A stretch of 43,131 nucleotides of DNA, taken from UHGV virus genome UHGV-0209493. The stretch is one strand, 5' to 3'. The position numbers were made by a program, and so were the translations under genes. Under the pieces are notes generated by a model, which saw only the letters and a list, made by a program, of their open reading frames with translations, was not told where the DNA came from and searched no databases. The stretch's first letter is position 1, and each line of letters opens with the position of its first letter. Shown here piece after piece: positions 9,401 to 18,876 of this stretch. Source of the DNA: a virus.

Positions 9401-12400
9401 TGTTTTTGTAGGCCAGGGCCTTGAGCTTTTCCCGGCGCACGTCCTGCTTCCCCGACAGCTGGCTGATCACTTCCTCGCCCGCCGCATCCAGGGTGGTTTT
9501 CCGGCCATTGATGAAAATCTCGTTGGCCTCGGAAATCATTTTTTTCAGGTTGCCCGCCACGTTGGCCAGGTCCTGCAGCTCCTGGGTGGTCAGCTCCGCC
9601 ATTTTCTTCCCCGGCAGGGTCTTTGCCAGCTCCCCGATGGTGTATAGGATGTCTTCGTCATAGGCCCCGCCTGCGTCGTATTCGCTGCCTTCCTCGCCGA
9701 TCAGGCCGTATTGCGCTTTCAGTGTGAGCAGCGCCTTTTCGTTAAAGCGCTCCGAAGCCCGGATGGCCTGGCTCAGCGCTCCGGCCACGTCCTGCAATCC
9801 CTCCGGCACGTGCCGGTTGTCCGTGGGCTGGTTCACCCGCACGGCCAGGTATCTGCTGTCCCGCTCAATCTGGCCCCGCAGGCGCTGCCGCTGCTGGTTC
9901 TCCTGCCGCCGCTCCGCCTGGGAGGTCAGCCGCTGCTGGTAGCGCTGGGCGTAGCTCTGCCGCAGCTCCTCCCGGGCTTTGATAAACGCCTGCCGCATCC
10001 CCTCCGCCTTGCCGATGCCTCCTGGCACGTCGTAGTATTCCAGCATGATGCCCAGCGCCAGATCCGTGGCGTACTGGTCGATGTTCGCCCCGTAGGCCTC
10101 GCTGTAGCGCTTTTGCCCCGCGTTTTCCAGATATGCGTCCAGAATGCCTGGCATATCCGCTTCGGTCACGTCCAGGGAAAAGGTACCCGGCGAAAGCGGA
10201 TTCAGCGTTTCTCGCCAAAATTCGCTCAAGGAAATGGTCGTGCCCGATTTGCTGCGGATCTTCATGCGCCCAAAGTTTTTCCGCAGATAGTTCTGAACGC
10301 TGCCGTAGGTTCCCCGAATCTCGCTTTTCATGTCCTCGGTCAGGTAAAAGGCGTCGTTTTTCGCCGCCTGCACCACGGCTTTTGTGGTCTCGTCCTGCTC
10401 CATCACCACGCCGGGGCTCTTTTCCAGCATCTGCCGGGCTGCGCTCCGGGCAAACATCATCGCCTCGCCCGCGTCCATGTCGATGTTGTCCATGCCCTTG
10501 TAGAGCGCCCGCAGCATTCGGGTGATATACTGCTTGCTCAGGGTCGTGCCCGTTTCCTGGATCAGCTTGTCCGCAATCGCGCCCGTGCGCTTTGCCCATT
10601 TCCCGGCTTTCAGCGCCGGTTCTGTGGCCCCCTCCTGCAGGAAACTGTCTCCCCGCAGCACCGTCTTATGCAGCTTGTCCATCATTTCCGCCAGCGCCCT
10701 GATGCTCCGGTCGCTTTGCAGCTGGCTCTGCAGCACCGGATCCTGCGCCACCTGCTCCGCGATGTCCGTTTCTTTCAGGCTATATTTCTTGACATTCTCC
10801 CCATTCCCTGCTATACTCTTGTTAGAGGAAGCCAATGCCCCGACGGTCGCATTTTGCGGACGAGCGCCTTTGAGCGTGTTCGGGAAACCGGCTTCTTCTA
10901 TTTCGTTTACGTTGTAAATCGTGTTCACTTTTCCATTCTTTCCAGTGGAAATCTGGAACGAATAGTACTTCCCGTCAAAGTCTTCAAAATACGCCGTCCG
11001 GTAGTTCCAGCCCCCGCTTGCAAAGGCGTGGGCTTTTGTATCGTCTTTTTTCGCTCCTTTCCCTTTGGATACCTGAGCCGCTTCGTCTATATGCGTTTCA
11101 ATGCGCAGCTTTAGTGCATAGTCTTCCGTAGATACCGGCCTTCCGTAGGCATCCTTATTCCAATAAGCAGCCTTCCCGGCTGTATCCTTGGTAATCGTCA
11201 GCGGCACGCCGTTTTCTGTGTAGACGGTCACGTCCTTTCCGTTTCGGATTTGCGTGTTCATGTACTCCGTCACCTGTTTTCCCCATGCTTCCGCGTCCTC
11301 GCCATGGATCACCTGACGATCAGCTTGCACATAGGAATACTCTCGTCCGTTCTCTGTAAACTTCTTGATGGAGTATTTCACATCCGTGCTCATTCCCCGC
11401 GCATCCATCCCGGCCAGCTTCTTCCCCGCGTAGGCCAGGGGCGCAATGAGGCTGTCCCCGGCCGCAGGGCTGTCAAAGCCCGCCCGGCTCAGCGCCGCCT
11501 GCACCATGGATACGTCCCCTTCGCCAAAGGCTTTCAGCGTGTCGGCGAACCGGGCCACCGCCTCGTTCAGCTCAATGTCCGGGTTCGCCGCCATATATTT
11601 CTGCTGGCTCCTGGCAAACAGGCTGCTTACCAGCCCATTCATGGCCACCTGCGCGTCCTCGTCTGTGGCCGCCGTGCTCATGTCGCTGATGTACTGCTGC
11701 ACTGCCGCGTCCTGCTTGGCCGCCGTGAAGGCCCCTTCGGTGGCCATTTTGTAATTGTCCCGCACCGCCGAGAGCGCGTCCTCCATCATCCCGGCGATCT
11801 TTTCCATGTAGTCTATGTCCTCGCTCAGGGCCTGCACCTCCTGGCTCCGCCGGCCAAAGCGCTGAATAATGGCTTTCAGCCGCTCCGCCATCTGCCGGAG
11901 CACCTGGCCCATCCGCTGGGCCATGGTTTTGTCCTGCTTCACCAGCGCCTGCAGGTTCTTCTCCGTGCCGATCACGTCCAGCACGCTGTCTGCCGTGATT
12001 TCCTCCATGGCCTCGTCCGCCGTCAGCTTTACCCCGTTTTCCCGGTATTGCTCCTGCTTTTCCCGGATCCGGGCCAGCAGGTCATAGCCCTCCTGGCCTT
12101 CCAGCCGTTCCCGCACGAAATTCTGCAGTTTTTCCGCCTGCTCCCGGCTCTGCTGGGCGATATAGTGATAGGCCTCATGGCTCACCGTCCGGGTCAGCGC
12201 CCCCTCCTGGGCGTCCAGGGCCAGATTGATGATGTTGGTGCCCTTTTCCAGCATGCCGTTGGCCTTGCCCTTTTCCAGCGTGTCGAATACGCGCACCTGC
12301 AAGCCGTATTCCTTCGCAAACTGATCGATTAGTTTCAGCTGCGTCAGCGCCACGTTGTTGCTCAGCTTCTTGGTCACGTTGGCAAAGTAGAGCCCGCTCT

Positions 12401-15400
12401 GGCCCTTCGCCTCCGCCGCCGTGCGGAAATCATAGGCCTGAGCCAGCCGGGCGTTTGTTTTCCCGTCCGCCGCCCGCTTTTCCGCCGCTTCCGCTTTCAG
12501 CCTGTCCGCCGCCTGCCTCCCCTGGTCAAACGCCTTCTGCCGCTGCTCCGGCGTAAGCAGCTCCCCGAACATGGTCTGAATCTGCTCCATGGTCCTTCCG
12601 CTTTTGGCCGCGTTATATATCCGCTGAAAGCCGATGGAATAGTCCTGCGCGTCCTGGTCGCCGCCCTCCCGGAAATCCTGCACCATTTCCGCCGCCGCCC
12701 GGCTGTCCATCCCCACGCTGTTTTCCAGCAGCGTTTTCTGGCTGTCGCTCACCTGCAGCTCGTCCACCGGCACGGCCCTTCCGCTTTCCGTCACCGCTTC
12801 CACGCCGTTTGCGCTTTCCCGGATCTGGTGAATGCTCTCCTGCCGCTCCCCGTTTTTTCCCGTCTCCTGGGAAAGGATGGGCTTTTCAGGGGACGCTTTT
12901 TTTGCTTCCTGCTTTTCAGGTCGCCCCGTTTCCGCCTCCTGTGCCGTCTGCTGGGCGTTTGGGGCCGGGGCCTTGGCTTCCCCTGCCGCTGCCGCCGGGG
13001 CCGCTGCAGGCGCTCCCTGTGCCGTTTCCGGGGCGGTCTGCGCCGCTTCCGCTGTGTTTTGATTCACTTCCGGGGCCATTTGATCCGCTTCCGCCACGCC
13101 GGGTTCCGCATCCAGCCAGGCCGTCCCCTCATCCGCCGTGGCCGCCGCAGGGGTCTGCTGCGTGTCCTGCCGGGCCTGGGCGGCCTGCTGCATATACTGG
13201 CCGTCCCGGATGGCCCGGGCCTGCCGCTCCGCCTCCCTGGCCTTTTCCGCCGCTTCCCGGTCTGCCTGTGTGCCCGTGCGCCGGGCCTCTGCCTCCGCCG
13301 CCATGGCGCTCTTGGCCGCCGCCTGGGCGCTGCTATTGGCCGCCTCCCGGGCCGTCAGGGCGTTGAGCACCTCCAGCCCATGGGCCGAGGCCGCCAGCTC
13401 CAGCCGCTGCCCCTCGCTCAGGTCGTATCCCTGATACACGTCCAGGATGCTGTTGGCAATGCTAAAGAGATTCCCCGTTTCGCCCATTGCGTCCAGGGTG
13501 GACGCCAGATCCAGCGCCACGCTGTCCTGCACCGTGCCCTTGTTCTGCTCCCCGGGCAGGGCGTTCATGATCTGGCGAAACAGCTTTCCCGTTTCCCTGG
13601 CCGTGGCCGTCTCGGGGTTGTATTTCGCCCCCATCTGCCCCACTTCCGTGTCCGTTCCCAGGCTCATGGCCAGGGCTTTCAGGTTTTCGCCGGTTTTCGC
13701 CGTCAGGATGCGGTCTCCTGCGGTAAAGTCCATCCTCCTGCTGGCCTGTGCGCTTTGCAGGCTGGCCGCGCCGCCCATGCCCGCGCCCTGCAAAAAGCCG
13801 CCCAGCCCCGCTTCGCCGATCTGCCAGCCCAAGTCAATGGCCGTGCGCTTCCAGGCTTCCTTTTCATCCAGCCCCAGATCCAGATACTGCTGGTATTCCC
13901 GGGCCGCATCGCTTTTGTCCCCCAGGATCAGGTGCTGGGCCAGGGCGTTGGCGGCCTCTGTCACCATTTCCCCCGGGGCGTTGGTGAAGCCCTCCTCCAG
14001 CGCATTGCGGATCACCCGGCTCAGGGTCTGCTGGTCGGTGCTGCCCGCCATCTTGAAGAATTTATCAAAGGGGATTGCCTCGCCCAGCCATTCGGCGAAG
14101 CCCGCCGCCGCCATAATGCCCAGAATCTGCCCATCGTTGGCCCCTGCCTCCTTGGCGCTCAGGGCCGCTTCCTGGGCCGCTGCGGAGGTGTAGCGGATGG
14201 TGTTGAGCACAGAGCCCATCTGGGCCCCCACAATGCTGTCTATGCTGCTCATGGCCCCGCCGTACAGCAGGTCGAACACGTCCAGGTTGTGCCCCAGCAG
14301 GTTCACGTCCCAGTCCACCTGCTGCTGTACGCCCTTCCGGGCGCTGCTGCTCAGGGCGCCCATTTGGCTCATCCCCGTGTTATAGTCGATGGGCCTGTAT
14401 TTCCCGCTTACAAGGTTGCGCAGGTGCTGGCCTGCCACGTCCAGCACGCCCACGCCCCCGGCCTGGGAAAATGGCACGCTCAGCGCCGAAGCAAGCACCG
14501 CGCCGCCTGCGCCCTGCTGGCCCATTTCCTCCATCTGGGTGTTGCTGTATTCCGCCGCCTGCTGGTTCAGGCTGTACATCACATAGTCATTCAGGTATTC
14601 ATCCGCCGCCGCCTTGCCCTCGGTGGCGTACAGGTAGTTGTAATTGGCAATCTGGTCGTCGCTCATAAAGCGATACAGGCCATATCCTGCCGCCACGCCC
14701 TGACCGATAGCGCCGCTCATTTTCTCCCGGGTGCCGTTCAGATTGTTGATGTAGCTGTATCTGGGATTGCTGGCGTACTGCGCATCCGCCCGGGATTTTT
14801 CCAAATAGTCCGGGCTCTGCTGCATGGCCTGTTCCTTTTCGCCGTACTGGGCAAAATAGAGCGCGTCCCGGGCCGCCTGCTCGTCCGCCGTCCCCGTCGC
14901 TTCCTCCAGCCAGGCCTGGGCCCCCTTGGAGGTGTTGCGCCGGATATAGTCCTTCAGCCAGGCCACGTCCGCGCTGTCCTTGGGCCTGCTCAGGTAGGTC
15001 CTGGCGTTGTCCGAGGCGGTATGCTCTCCCAGCAGCTGCCGGGAAAATTCCTGTGCGCTCTGCTGCCGCTCCGCCGCCGTTTTCCCTTCCATGCTCTCCA
15101 GCCAGGCCCAGCCTGCGTCGCTGTCCATCAGATCGGCCCATTGGTCCTGATCCCCATCGCTGATCACCGCCGCCGCCACGCCGCCGTTTTTCGCCGCCTG
15201 GTCCATGGCGGCAATGATCTGGGGGAGACGCCGGTAAAAGTCCAGCCTGTCGCCCTCCGTTTTGGCCTGCTGATATACGCTGCCCATATCCCCGCTGGCC
15301 ACGGCCAGGGCGTTTTTCTCCGTTTTGGGCATGGTGCTCTCGGCCCATTCCTTGTCCGTCAGGTAGCCGCCCATGCTGTGGAGCTTGTCCATCAGCTCCT

Positions 15401-15875
15401 CATAGCTCTTGCCCTGCACCCCCGTTTTCCGCTCCAGCTCCTTCAGGCTCTGGTTGTAGCGCTTCTGCGCCGCCGCCATGGGGTCCTTGGCCCCCGCCGC
15501 GTAGCTGGCCTTCACGTTGTCCCGGTATTGACAGGTCAGCTGGTATGCGTCCTCCAGCGGATCCTTGCTGCCCCAGCTGTGGGCTTTTTTCACCGTCTGG
15601 TGATACATCATGTTCAGGGTGTCCGCCTTAAAGGGCTTTTTCAGCTGCTCCTCGGTCATCTCGTCGGTGCTTTTGGCGGTTTTGCGCTGCCGCCAGTCCT
15701 CCGCCGTCCTGCCCAGGGCAGATAAGCTTTTACCCTTCGCAGTCTCGCCGCGAAGGGTAGTGGTTTTTTGTGTGCTGTTTGCAGGCTTGAGCCTGCCGCT
15801 GGCAATGTCCCTGTCCAGCTGTCCGGTCATCTGGCCCAGCATGCCGGAGCCTAATTTTTTGTTGTAATACGCCAT
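6459..15875 (-). CDS. Giant internal virion / DNA-ejection polyvalent protein (3138 aa)
   Basis: Position after nozzle and internal-protein genes; HEAYH zincin motif at aa ~1233; lower-GC module aa ~1500-1701 bounded by KYSIK/KYSLK. Confidence 0.8.
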   Translation of the reverse strand: MAYYNKKLGSGMLGQMTGQLDRDIASGRLKPANSTQKTTTLRGETAKGKSLSALGRTAEDWRQRKTAKSTDEMTEEQLKKPFKADTLNMMYHQTVKKAHSWGSKDPLEDAYQLTCQYRDNVKASYAAGAKDPMAAAQKRYNQSLKELERKTGVQGKSYEELMDKLHSMGGYLTDKEWAESTMPKTEKNALAVASGDMGSVYQQAKTEGDRLDFYRRLPQIIAAMDQAAKNGGVAAAVISDGDQDQWADLMDSDAGWAWLESMEGKTAAERQQSAQEFSRQLLGEHTASDNARTYLSRPKDSADVAWLKDYIRRNTSKGAQAWLEEATGTADEQAARDALYFAQYGEKEQAMQQSPDYLEKSRADAQYASNPRYSYINNLNGTREKMSGAIGQGVAAGYGLYRFMSDDQIANYNYLYATEGKAAADEYLNDYVMYSLNQQAAEYSNTQMEEMGQQGAGGAVLASALSVPFSQAGGVGVLDVAGQHLRNLVSGKYRPIDYNTGMSQMGALSSSARKGVQQQVDWDVNLLGHNLDVFDLLYGGAMSSIDSIVGAQMGSVLNTIRYTSAAAQEAALSAKEAGANDGQILGIMAAAGFAEWLGEAIPFDKFFKMAGSTDQQTLSRVIRNALEEGFTNAPGEMVTEAANALAQHLILGDKSDAAREYQQYLDLGLDEKEAWKRTAIDLGWQIGEAGLGGFLQGAGMGGAASLQSAQASRRMDFTAGDRILTAKTGENLKALAMSLGTDTEVGQMGAKYNPETATARETGKLFRQIMNALPGEQNKGTVQDSVALDLASTLDAMGETGNLFSIANSILDVYQGYDLSEGQRLELAASAHGLEVLNALTAREAANSSAQAAAKSAMAAEAEARRTGTQADREAAEKAREAERQARAIRDGQYMQQAAQARQDTQQTPAAATADEGTAWLDAEPGVAEADQMAPEVNQNTAEAAQTAPETAQGAPAAAPAAAAGEAKAPAPNAQQTAQEAETGRPEKQEAKKASPEKPILSQETGKNGERQESIHQIRESANGVEAVTESGRAVPVDELQVSDSQKTLLENSVGMDSRAAAEMVQDFREGGDQDAQDYSIGFQRIYNAAKSGRTMEQIQTMFGELLTPEQRQKAFDQGRQAADRLKAEAAEKRAADGKTNARLAQAYDFRTAAEAKGQSGLYFANVTKKLSNNVALTQLKLIDQFAKEYGLQVRVFDTLEKGKANGMLEKGTNIINLALDAQEGALTRTVSHEAYHYIAQQSREQAEKLQNFVRERLEGQEGYDLLARIREKQEQYRENGVKLTADEAMEEITADSVLDVIGTEKNLQALVKQDKTMAQRMGQVLRQMAERLKAIIQRFGRRSQEVQALSEDIDYMEKIAGMMEDALSAVRDNYKMATEGAFTAAKQDAAVQQYISDMSTAATDEDAQVAMNGLVSSLFARSQQKYMAANPDIELNEAVARFADTLKAFGEGDVSMVQAALSRAGFDSPAAGDSLIAPLAYAGKKLAGMDARGMSTDVKYSIKKFTENGREYSYVQADRQVIHGEDAEAWGKQVTEYMNTQIRNGKDVTVYTENGVPLTITKDTAGKAAYWNKDAYGRPVSTEDYALKLRIETHIDEAAQVSKGKGAKKDDTKAHAFASGGWNYRTAYFEDFDGKYYSFQISTGKNGKVNTIYNVNEIEEAGFPNTLKGARPQNATVGALASSNKSIAGNGENVKKYSLKETDIAEQVAQDPVLQSQLQSDRSIRALAEMMDKLHKTVLRGDSFLQEGATEPALKAGKWAKRTGAIADKLIQETGTTLSKQYITRMLRALYKGMDNIDMDAGEAMMFARSAARQMLEKSPGVVMEQDETTKAVVQAAKNDAFYLTEDMKSEIRGTYGSVQNYLRKNFGRMKIRSKSGTTISLSEFWRETLNPLSPGTFSLDVTEADMPGILDAYLENAGQKRYSEAYGANIDQYATDLALGIMLEYYDVPGGIGKAEGMRQAFIKAREELRQSYAQRYQQRLTSQAERRQENQQRQRLRGQIERDSRYLAVRVNQPTDNRHVPEGLQDVAGALSQAIRASERFNEKALLTLKAQYGLIGEEGSEYDAGGAYDEDILYTIGELAKTLPGKKMAELTTQELQDLANVAGNLKKMISEANEIFINGRKTTLDAAGEEVISQLSGKQDVRREKLKALAYKNTTPTYFFDNLGGQLKRCYDGMLEGQNQYAFNMRRAKEHMDGLIEKYHVNDWIHDKNHLKFETYQGKQVELNRDQALALYALWNRETRNKRQNANHLRIGGFMYRSSVKYKGVEKTRPHRITEADMRTVMSWLTQEQMDFADAAVRYLSTTMADLGNETSRAIYGYNKYTEAYYFPYASSKDFIQQDLTKSDDSGTRQPKNMGMSKATVRNANNPIFLDGFMETWAGHVNQMCVYNGFAQPVDTLNRIFNYKTAGTDDAYGLSVKAELKRVYGQAAVTYLSNLAKDVSGGVVAQERTGVNKWVSKFKKNAVAANMSVVIQQPSAIMRAMNMVSPKYFIKPANAFKEAAEMEKYSGVALIKSMGRFDTGTGFTGEEWLTGSLKAETKLKQAGAVIDQATGFGAEQADRITWGTMWAAVKREISATTQLQEGTQEYFDAVARRFNDVMNHTQVYDSILVKSDIMRGKSTMDKMVTAFMAEPTVSYNMLQSAIQNLGKTDGAGRHIGRKAAVRAVAAFAANTLFNAMLKSLVSMGRRWGEEDRTIIEKYLAELSENFTGDMNPLSMVPVARDIVSIWQGYDVERSDMSVVTDLKDAYDEVMNDENSFGKKMIAVAGALGNLLGIPAKNVIRDFQGALNILGSAPMGETSGRDIKYGVLEGLSFLGMDLYDGGTGTYYERALDALEKGDEKTYEELSGYLTETRLKEESTVKSGIRYRMEDRAKAGSMTWDEYFTLWRDRLGGKSSNIRSKISTLYKDGRIDEGEAKALLKKYGEYKDENDIYYAIEKWNWQQENPDAEDDYSRYGKVYDAVKAGKDAGGAIREMTQHGYTEAKVKSQIADKIGSWYIGGEMTRAAAETALKRYTDKTDGDDIWFQLRRWDYQKNHNGSGEGYSAYGDFFKAVETGTNLPSRIKELTDHGVSTSTLAGKITSQYKQQYIQLYAKDKTKAAALKARLLTAYAALGYKREQKNKDIEKWLKQDTKRK
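10789..10817 (+). promoter_or_regulatory. Internal antisense sigma-A promoter
   Basis: TTGACA (10789-94), 17 nt, TATACT (10812-17), with extended -10 TG at 10809-10. Confidence 0.75.
10823..10908 (+). ncRNA. Putative ~80-nt structured antisense RNA
   Basis: Starts 6 nt after the -10; 11-bp closing stem TAGAGGAAGCC/GGCTTCTTCTA, inner stem CCCGA/TCGGG, two small hairpins, then TTTCGTTT. Confidence 0.55.
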
Positions 15876-15887
15876 GTCTTTGCCCCC

Positions 15888-17060
15888 TTATTCCGCCAGG
15901 ATGCTGCTTAGCGCGTTGCTTTTCTTTTTCTTTTTGTCGGTGGTGCTGCTCCAGGGCGAGGTGAGCGTGTTTTTCTTTGTGCCCACGCTGCCGGCTGCGC
16001 CCCTGGCCGCCCCGCTGGCCGCGTTGCTGGCCCCGCCGTTCTTTTTCCACTGGTTCATGGCCACCCATTCCGGCGAGAAGGGCGTACCGGCCTCTGCCGC
16101 CGCTTTGTACTTAAACGTATTGGCCAGCTCCTGCTGCTGGGCCGGGTTCAGGTTGCTGCTCACGTTCTCTGCAAAAAGCCTGGATTCCAGGTCGCCCATG
16201 CCGCTGCTTTTCCCCAGCTGCTGCCAGGGAATCCCCGTGCTGCCGCTGCCGCTCAGGCTCTTGCTGTAGTTCGTGCCGCCGCTGCTGCTTCCGCTTCCGC
16301 TGCTTCTTCCGCTTCCCGAGGATCCGCCGCCGCTGTAGCCTCCGGTATACTCCCCGCCGCCGGTGGGCGTGCCGAAGGTGATCCCCAGATCGTGCATCAT
16401 CTTCCAGTAATTGAGCATGTCCCCCCATTGGCCATAGTCCCGGCTGTACGCGTTGTCGTAGGCGTTCTGGGCAAAATTGCGGTCTGCCTGCCAGTCGCTT
16501 ACCTGGTCCCGATACATGCCGTAGTCGCTTTCCTTCAGGCTGTTGGCCAGGGCGATGTCGCTGCGCAGGTTGTCTCCCTCCTGGTTGTAGCGGCTGTAGG
16601 CCTGGTTATACAGGTCGGGGATGATGTCGTTAAGCTTCTGCAGATAGCCCTGATAGGCCTGGCTTCCCGCCGTGGCCGCCCAGCTGTTGCCGTAGCCCCC
16701 CGTCAGCGCCGCCGCATTGCCCACCGTGTCCTGCATGGCCTGCTGCCCCAGCAGCTGATACTGGTTCTTGTACTGCTGGTACAGCGCGTCCTGGTTCACA
16801 TCATACCGAAAGTCCGGCCGGCTTTGCAGCCTGTCATACAGGGTTTTTATCTGGCTGTCATAATAGCTGTTAAATTCCCCGGGCTTCTTTTCGATGATGG
16901 TCTGCAGATAGTCCTTGGCCTTGGTCACCGTGTCGCTGGGCTTATAGCCCCCCGCGTAGTCCTTGAGCCTGTCCGCCGGGGTGAAGTAGCCGCCGCTCCC
17001 CGCCGCCGCGCCGGCCTGTGCCAGGCTGGTGTTTTTCAGTTCTTCGTCTTTCAGCGCCAT
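15888..17060 (-). CDS. Internal virion (ejection) protein
   Basis: Tyr/Gln-rich helical region, AAALTGGYGNSWA motif, Gly/Ser linker; between nozzle and giant gene. Confidence 0.7.
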   Translation of the reverse strand: MALKDEELKNTSLAQAGAAAGSGGYFTPADRLKDYAGGYKPSDTVTKAKDYLQTIIEKKPGEFNSYYDSQIKTLYDRLQSRPDFRYDVNQDALYQQYKNQYQLLGQQAMQDTVGNAAALTGGYGNSWAATAGSQAYQGYLQKLNDIIPDLYNQAYSRYNQEGDNLRSDIALANSLKESDYGMYRDQVSDWQADRNFAQNAYDNAYSRDYGQWGDMLNYWKMMHDLGITFGTPTGGGEYTGGYSGGGSSGSGRSSGSGSSSGGTNYSKSLSGSGSTGIPWQQLGKSSGMGDLESRLFAENVSSNLNPAQQQELANTFKYKAAAEAGTPFSPEWVAMNQWKKNGGASNAASGAARGAAGSVGTKKNTLTSPWSSTTDKKKKKSNALSSILAE

Positions 17061-17071
17061 GGTCTCCCTCC

Positions 17072-18859
17072 TCAGTTATCCGATCCAATTTCCAGGATCC
17101 GCGCGATGGAGTAAATCTGTGCCTCGCCGTCCCCCTCCAGCCGCAGCCGCAGATGGTCGCAGCGCCGGGGCACCACCGGCAGCGTGTAGGTTTTCACCTG
17201 GGCCTGCCCCTTCATGTGCCCCTTGGGCTCCCAGATCCCGCTGCTGTCATACTCGATGTACAGAGTGCAGGTGGCCCATTGCCCCAGCTTCATGCGGATG
17301 TTAAATCGGCTCAGGTATTTGTGGTCCTTATACTCATAGCCCAGCATGGCGCTGTCCGCCCGCCAGTGCAGCGGCGCCTCCAGCGTGCCCGTGGTGCCGT
17401 TAATGGCAAAGAGCCTGCCGTCCGCGCACAGCATATAAAGCTCATCCCCCAGCCGCGCAAAGGCGATGGCGTGGGTTCCGTCCTCCCGGTGCCATTTCTC
17501 CTGGGCCGTGTCGTAGCAGTACAGCGCCCAGTCTCCGCTTTTGCCCCGCATGGAGATGTAATATTTCCCGTCATATTCGCCCGCCGCCGCCGCGTCGAAT
17601 TTCTCCTGTCCCAGCTGCTGGGATACGTCCACCGGCAGCGTTTCAAAGGCCTCCACCCCGTTGAGGGATAGATAATACAGCGTGCCGTTTACCCCTTTCA
17701 GCGTGGCCCCGCAGCCAGGGCGCACTCCGTCGCACTCGGTGTACTGCATTTCATAATTGCTGGGCTTTTCGCCGTACAGCTTGTGTACGCATCCCGCCTT
17801 GAAAAAGTAGGGCCTGCTCATATGGGTGATCGCGCCGGTAAATTCCCCGTCCGTGCCCACGGATACCGCGTAGCTGTCCTGGGATGTGCCCAGGTATTTT
17901 CGCCAATTCTTAAAATCCCCCAGGGCGCAGGCGTATATTTCGTTGAGCTGCTGTCCGTCCCGGGTGCCCTTGAAGCAGCCCCACAGCCGGTTGTTGCATT
18001 CGCATACGTGCTGCATCCTCGGCATTTTCCGGTCAGCCCGCACCGTGCCGGTGGTCTGGGTGCTGCTTTTGTCGATGATCCCGGTCACCACAATGTAGTC
18101 GTCCCCCCGGGCCGTGATGATCATGGTGGTGTTCAGCGCCTTGTATTGCCGCTTCTGTTCGTCCGTGGCCCCCTCGTCTGTCAGGGCGATGCCGCTAAGC
18201 TGCACCCCGTCCTGCACGCTCAGCCCCGCGCCGATGCCCGTGCAGCCGATTTTCACGTATACGCTGCCAACGCCCTGCCACAGCCCCAGGGTCTCCACCC
18301 ACTTTTTCAGCAGATGAGGGTCCCCGCTGGTGTCAATCCACAGCGCCCCGTCCGCCGGGCTGGCCGGCTCCACGTCGGCCACGGTGATGCTGCTGTCGGG
18401 GTACACCGTGCCATCCATCTGGCAAAGCTGATAGGTCACGCTCTGGTTTTCCCCCCGCTGCCAGAGCCGGTCAATGCGGCCATGGTCCGTGGGATCCGCC
18501 GTGTTGTAATAGGCCCCGTCAGGGAAGATTACAATATACGCCCCCATGGCCACCATCTGCTTGGGCAGCATGTCCTCCGCCAGCGACAGATCGGTAATGG
18601 CTGTGGCCTTGCCCCCATAGTACAGGGTGCTTCCGTCAATCCAGGCCAGCGCCCCCGCCGATAGCAGGCCCTGGGGGTTTGCCAGCGTGGTCACCAGCCC
18701 CCGCCGCTGCCGGGTGGCGATCAGCGGGGCCGGGTCCCCCTGCATGTTCTCCATAGCGCAAAAAGCCCCGGCCCCTGCCCGGGGCCGGGTGTCCAGCCCC
18801 CGGAAATTCTGGGTCATCAGGCTTTGGGTGTTTAGTGGGTTCAGCTCCGGCAGCTTCAT
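17072..18859 (-). CDS. Tail nozzle / stabilisation protein (P22 gp10 or tubular-B-like)
   Basis: ~595-aa beta-rich protein (NNRLWG, SVGTDGEFTG); start MKLPEL with GGAGG RBS. Confidence 0.7.
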   Translation of the reverse strand: MKLPELNPLNTQSLMTQNFRGLDTRPRAGAGAFCAMENMQGDPAPLIATRQRRGLVTTLANPQGLLSAGALAWIDGSTLYYGGKATAITDLSLAEDMLPKQMVAMGAYIVIFPDGAYYNTADPTDHGRIDRLWQRGENQSVTYQLCQMDGTVYPDSSITVADVEPASPADGALWIDTSGDPHLLKKWVETLGLWQGVGSVYVKIGCTGIGAGLSVQDGVQLSGIALTDEGATDEQKRQYKALNTTMIITARGDDYIVVTGIIDKSSTQTTGTVRADRKMPRMQHVCECNNRLWGCFKGTRDGQQLNEIYACALGDFKNWRKYLGTSQDSYAVSVGTDGEFTGAITHMSRPYFFKAGCVHKLYGEKPSNYEMQYTECDGVRPGCGATLKGVNGTLYYLSLNGVEAFETLPVDVSQQLGQEKFDAAAAGEYDGKYYISMRGKSGDWALYCYDTAQEKWHREDGTHAIAFARLGDELYMLCADGRLFAINGTTGTLEAPLHWRADSAMLGYEYKDHKYLSRFNIRMKLGQWATCTLYIEYDSSGIWEPKGHMKGQAQVKTYTLPVVPRRCDHLRLRLEGDGEAQIYSIARILEIGSDN

Positions 18860-18876
18860 TTTGCGTTCCTCCTTGC

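Noticed and set aside
12388..12397. TAGAGCCCGC as a fifth late promoter motif
   Set aside because: Only a partial match inside coding sequence, with no extended -10 at the 15-nt spacing.
6195..15725. Very long + strand ORFs (6195-9647, 9711-11114, 12828-15725) and similar ones opposite capsid, portal and terminase
   Set aside because: Antisense shadows of GC-rich minus-strand genes; no recognisable motifs or RBS.
6459..15875. Giant gene as tape measure protein or virion RNA polymerase
   Set aside because: No tail tube or sheath genes, and no polymerase catalytic motifs recognised by eye; context fits a podoviral ejection protein.
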